Assembly (NCBI GenBank): GCA_052168235.1
Contig: JBQLZK010000016.1
Location: 32,001 to 96,000 of the forward strand
DNA length: 64,000 bases
Source: Thainema sp.
Lineage (GTDB): Bacteria > Cyanobacteriota > Cyanobacteriia > Phormidesmidales > Phormidesmidaceae
Direction: 5' to 3'
Under the pieces are notes generated by a model, which did no database searches, had not been told where the DNA came from, and worked only from the letters and a program-made list of their open reading frames with translations. Made by a program: the position numbers and the translations under genes. Of this stretch, positions 60,144-64,000 are shown piece after piece. Positions within the stretch are counted from its first letter, which is position 1. Each line of letters starts with the position of its first letter.

Positions 60144-61967
60144 GTGTCGCGTACTCATCTTTCATCGCCAGCAGAATCGCAAGTTTCGCCTCATTCTGAT
60201 TATCGAGTTGATCATCCGGCTCAGCGGGCAAAGCTGATTTGGTTGAGCATCGCCCTCGCTGCAATCGCGGCCTCTCTCACGCAAATTGGCTGGGGTCAGC
60301 CGATCGTCAACGGAGCGGGGCTTAGCCTGCTGCGAGAATTTTTTGCGGCGAGCCTGCATCCTGATCTCTCGCCTGAGTTTTTGCAGACGATTCTGGGTGC
60401 AACAGTGACCACGCTAGCCTATGCGCTGTGCGGTACGTTCTTAAGCGTCCTGCTGGGTTTAGTAGGTGGCCTGTTCTCGTCGGAACTGTGGTGGCAGGCG
60501 CTGCTGCTTGGTTCTGCCCAGTCCACGTCTCGATTCGCAACCCTGTGCTGGCGGCTGATCAGAGGTCTATTAGCGATTCCTCGCGCCATTCACGAGCTGA
60601 TCTGGGGTCTGTTTTTTGTGCAGATTTTTGGCCTCGATCCGCTGGTAGCCCTATGCGCGATCGCAGTTCCATTTGGCGCGATTTGTGCCAAAATTTTTGC
60701 TGAAATCATTGATGAAACGCCGCGTCAACCATTTTTGAGCTTGGTGAACAGCGGCGCTACCCCGCTGGCGGCATTTCTGTATGGACTGGTTCCTCAAGCG
60801 TTGCCTAACTTACTGTCCTACTGCTTCTACCGCTTTGAATGCTCAATTCGCTCGGCGGCGGTTCTGGGCATCATCGGCGCAGGTGGACTGGGCTATGAAA
60901 TCTTTCTCAGTCTCCAGTCACTACGCTATGAGCAGCTCTGGACAGGATTTTATGCGCTGATTGCCTTGACGGCCTTAGCCGATGGCTGGAGCGCAACGCT
61001 GCGTAAGCGAATGGGCTTCACCAGTAGGCTAGATCTCAATCAGCGCTCCAAATCGTCCCCCAAATCATCCCGAAAACCGTTTCAGAACCCATCCCGGTCG
61101 CAACCATCTAGCCAATCAGAACCGACATGGGCTGTAGCCACGCCTCAACCCAAAACCGACTGGTTTGTGCGTGGGTCAATTATGGGAATTGCGATCGCAA
61201 TTCCGGCCTGTTTTGCCTATCTGCAAATTGAATGGACTCGACTGGTTTCTCCGCGCACGGTGCAGCAGTTAGTCGAAATCATCCAAGCTGCTTTTCCGCC
61301 GCAGCTAGACGGGAGTTGGACTGGGCTGCTCCAGCTTTCGGCGCAGACGCTCGCTATGTCGATTTTGGCAATTACCCTAGCGGGAGTCGGCGGCATTTTG
61401 CTGTCTTTCCCAGCCGCCAATACGATCCTGCTCAAAAGTAGCTGGCTCGCTCCTACAGAGGGGCCTGCTCCCTATCCGGTGGTCGGACGCGTGATTTGGC
61501 TCGCTAGTCGAGTGATTCTACTAGTCGCTCGCGGCATTCCGGCCCCAATTTGGGCCTTGGTTTGCCTCTTTGTCCTATTTCCTGGCATCCTGCCCGGTGC
61601 GATCGCACTAGGATTACATAATCTAGGCATTCTAGGCCGCTTAATGGCAGAAGTGAATGAAAACGCTGACGAAGCACCCGCCCGTGCCCTCCGAGCATTA
61701 GGCGCTTCTGGCTCTGCTGTTGTGCTATATAGCCTATTGCCCCAAAATCTGCCGCGCTTTTTGGCCTATATCCTGTACCGCTGGGAAGTGTGTATTCGAG
61801 CTACCGTCATTGTGGGTCTGGTCGGTGCAGGTGGATTAGGACGTCTGCTAACCGAACAAATCAGCAGCTTTGACTATGCCGGAGTGGTGACGACACTGGG
61901 CGTTTTTATTGTGCTGACGTTCGCTGTAGACTGGGTGAGCACATCAGCGCGGCGAGTGCTGAGGTAG
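60144..61967 (+). CDS. PhnE/PtxC-type ABC permease with two fused permease domains
   Basis: PRAIHELIW...YRFECSIRSAAVLGIIGAGGLG and RGIPAPIW...YRWEVCIRATVIVGLVGAGGLG. Confidence 0.88.
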   Translation: MSRTHLSSPAESQVSPHSDYRVDHPAQRAKLIWLSIALAAIAASLTQIGWGQPIVNGAGLSLLREFFAASLHPDLSPEFLQTILGATVTTLAYALCGTFLSVLLGLVGGLFSSELWWQALLLGSAQSTSRFATLCWRLIRGLLAIPRAIHELIWGLFFVQIFGLDPLVALCAIAVPFGAICAKIFAEIIDETPRQPFLSLVNSGATPLAAFLYGLVPQALPNLLSYCFYRFECSIRSAAVLGIIGAGGLGYEIFLSLQSLRYEQLWTGFYALIALTALADGWSATLRKRMGFTSRLDLNQRSKSSPKSSRKPFQNPSRSQPSSQSEPTWAVATPQPKTDWFVRGSIMGIAIAIPACFAYLQIEWTRLVSPRTVQQLVEIIQAAFPPQLDGSWTGLLQLSAQTLAMSILAITLAGVGGILLSFPAANTILLKSSWLAPTEGPAPYPVVGRVIWLASRVILLVARGIPAPIWALVCLFVLFPGILPGAIALGLHNLGILGRLMAEVNENADEAPARALRALGASGSAVVLYSLLPQNLPRFLAYILYRWEVCIRATVIVGLVGAGGLGRLLTEQISSFDYAGVVTTLGVFIVLTFAVDWVSTSARRVLR

Positions 61968-61985
61968 AGTTTTGCAGGTCTATCG

Positions 61986-62312
61986 CTATTCTGGCAACGT
62001 CGCCACGCAGCGCGTTGAGCGCACTTCCATCGCATCAGACACATAACAGACGCCGCCAAACTTATTTAGAAGCGGACGAATCTGCTCGATTACTGATCTG
62101 ACCTGATTTTCAGCACAGAACGAGAGGATGTAGACATTGCTCAACGTCGTTGCGGCAAAATCAGAATCATCGGTCACTTCACCCCAGGCACTGCGTCCAA
62201 CCACATCGCGAATGACGGAATAGCCAGGAACGCCTGCTTCATCGAGCTTATCGAGAATTTTGTGCATCTCCCGCGAAGAGACAATAATCTCAATTCGTTT
62301 AACTAAATGCAT
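61986..62312 (-). CDS. sbtB: SbtB-like PII-family regulator
   Basis: KRIEII, GVPGYSVIRDVVGR, SNVYILSFC and GGVCYVSDA; downstream of sbtA. Confidence 0.8.
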   Translation of the reverse strand: MHLVKRIEIIVSSREMHKILDKLDEAGVPGYSVIRDVVGRSAWGEVTDDSDFAATTLSNVYILSFCAENQVRSVIEQIRPLLNKFGGVCYVSDAMEVRSTRCVATLPE

Positions 62313-62665
62313 ACTAAATGTCCTAATTTTATGTTTTGAAAGCTTATAGCTGAATCTGGAGTGAGATAACCTCACGTTTTATGACTGCGATCGCACCAAT
62401 CACTCAGTATTCCGGCTCTGAGCGCACCAATTTAAATACGCTGGGAAAGCGGGTACCTGAACGGTCAATACAGCACAAAGGGCAATTGCTAAAAACGCGG
62501 TCATAGGAGTTAAATCGCGCTAGCTAACGTGCATTAATCAGGATTTATTCAGACTTCAACTACTAGAGACCGTTATCCCTAATCTAGAAATGCTGACCTG
62601 ATCTAGGTGGAGGACTTCATAATTTTCTACATTACTCAGCACTCCGTCCTCAACACTTACCAATA

Positions 62666-63655
62666 TCAGCTCCAAATAAACTGAATCAGCTGAAAATAAA
62701 TCGGAATGCCAATGATGATGTTGAACGGGAACGTGAGCGCGAGCGCCATCGAAATATAAAGGCTGGGATTGGCTTCGGGGACGGTTAAACGCATGGCGGC
62801 GGGGACGGCGATGTAGGATGCACTGGCGCAGAGAACAGCGAACAAGAGTGCGTCACCCACGGACATATGGATGAGAAATGCGATCGCAATGCCGATAGCG
62901 GCATTGAGCAGCGGCATCAGAATCGAGAAGCTGATCAAGAAGGTGCCACCTTTGCGCAGATCTTGAAACCGTCGGGCAGCGACCAGGCCCATATCCAGCA
63001 AAAAGAAGGTGAGGATGCCGTAGAACATGTCGCCAGTAAACGGGCTGAGGCTCTCCCAGCCGCGCTCACCTGTTGCCAACCCGACCAGCAGACTGCCGAC
63101 TAAGAGAAAGACGGAACCGTTGAGGAAGGATTCCCGCAGGACTTCCCCCCAGGAAAACTCTTCTTCAGACTCGTCATCTTCGGCCTTGTCCCGGTTGATG
63201 AACACGCGCACCAGCAGTAAACCAACGATGATGGCGGGCGATTCCATCAGAGCTAGCGCGGCAACCATATGGCCGCCAAAATCAACGTTTAACCGTGACA
63301 AAAAGGTGCTGGCCGTGACAAACGTTACCGCGCTAATCGAGCCATAGGTAGCTGCGATCGCAGCCGCATTGTAGACATCAAGCTTCCAGCGCAGGATAAA
63401 AAACGAGTAAACGGGCACAATCGACGCGACCACCACTGCTGCAATTAGTGAGATCGCAATCTCTGGCGTGATTCCGCTTTCATGCAGTTCATGCCCCCCC
63501 TTAAAGCCAATTGCAAATAGTAAATACAGAGAAAATAGCTTGGGGATTGGCTGAGGAATTTCCAAATCAGACTTAACCGCAACCGCAACTAAGCCAATAA
63601 AAAAGAACAAAATCGGCGGATTAAAAATGTTGGACAGAATGAGGTTTGGGTTCAT
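62666..63655 (-). CDS. sbtA: Sodium-dependent bicarbonate transporter SbtA family (short form)
   Basis: KSDLEIP, AIGFKGG, AATYGSISAVTF, MESPAII, FFLLDMG, ASASYIAVPAA and LTFPFNI. Confidence 0.9.
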   Translation of the reverse strand: MNPNLILSNIFNPPILFFFIGLVAVAVKSDLEIPQPIPKLFSLYLLFAIGFKGGHELHESGITPEIAISLIAAVVVASIVPVYSFFILRWKLDVYNAAAIAATYGSISAVTFVTASTFLSRLNVDFGGHMVAALALMESPAIIVGLLLVRVFINRDKAEDDESEEEFSWGEVLRESFLNGSVFLLVGSLLVGLATGERGWESLSPFTGDMFYGILTFFLLDMGLVAARRFQDLRKGGTFLISFSILMPLLNAAIGIAIAFLIHMSVGDALLFAVLCASASYIAVPAAMRLTVPEANPSLYISMALALTFPFNIIIGIPIYFQLIQFIWS

Positions 63656-64000
63656 ATATCAACACATAAACGAACATAAACGAGTAGCTTTTAACAGCAA
63701 CCCAGTTCAGCGAAAAGACGGCCATCAGCTAGCCCTATCTAGCCTAAGCGACGGCAGCTTAGTTGCAACACTCCACATATTAGCTGACCCTTCACACCAA
63801 TCGACTTTAGGCTGTGACTTGATTGGATAACACTCAGCAAGATTTAGTCCATCGCTGCACGAAGAATCATAATAAACAGCAATAAAAAGATGACTAATTT
63901 TACATTTATGACAATAGTAAAAATGCAGATTCGTGCATAGTGAGTATAAAAATCGTATTTATCGCTTCAAATGGATCTAAAAACAGGATTAGAGTCATTG

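Larger units (their letters stand above)
546..63362. repeat. HIP1 octamer GCGATCGC dispersed throughout
   Basis: Well over 60 sites by eye, e.g. 546, 1923, 5674, 12442, 23724, 42504, 54591 and 63353. Confidence 0.95.

Noticed and set aside
63850..64000. LysR (CcmR/CmpR) operator upstream of sbtA
   Set aside because: AT-rich but no clear match to the expected palindrome, and the region is cut by the window edge.

Overview
Chromosomal window from a cyanobacterium, probably filamentous. The evidence is dense HIP1 (GCGATCGC, mostly as TGCGATCGCA), pgr5, sbtAB, phycobiliprotein-like genes and a phycobilisome-linker gene. Most of it is housekeeping: avtA, glgP, SUI1, an EPS glycosyl/acetyltransferase trio, acs, recJ, nupC, lysC, selO, cbiX, sbtA/sbtB, and tRNA-Thr(TGT), -Val(GAC) and -His(GTG). 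Five things stand out. (1) A 10.4 kb, four-gene operon (37247-47667) encodes two secreted DUF11/isopeptide-type Ig-repeat proteins, a 1329-aa predicted outer-membrane beta-barrel and a beta-helix-OmpA protein. It looks like a dedicated surface fibre/adhesin export system that I cannot assign to a named class. (2) RecJ is extended to about 1030 aa by a coiled coil and a C-terminal domain carrying an RNxxxH HEPN-like motif. (3) A divergent module next to tRNA-Thr pairs HTH-NACHT plus cupin with a Ser/Thr kinase ending in CGGGC plus a DUF1399-like gene, around an operator-like repeat array. (4) Five ~90-115 bp MITE-like elements have different terminal repeats but the same perfect-hairpin/triloop architecture. 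(5) Two non-canonical phycobiliprotein-like genes, one lacking the bilin Cys. I saw no rRNA, CRISPR array, integrase or transposase. All family calls come from motif recognition by eye; no database search was run.
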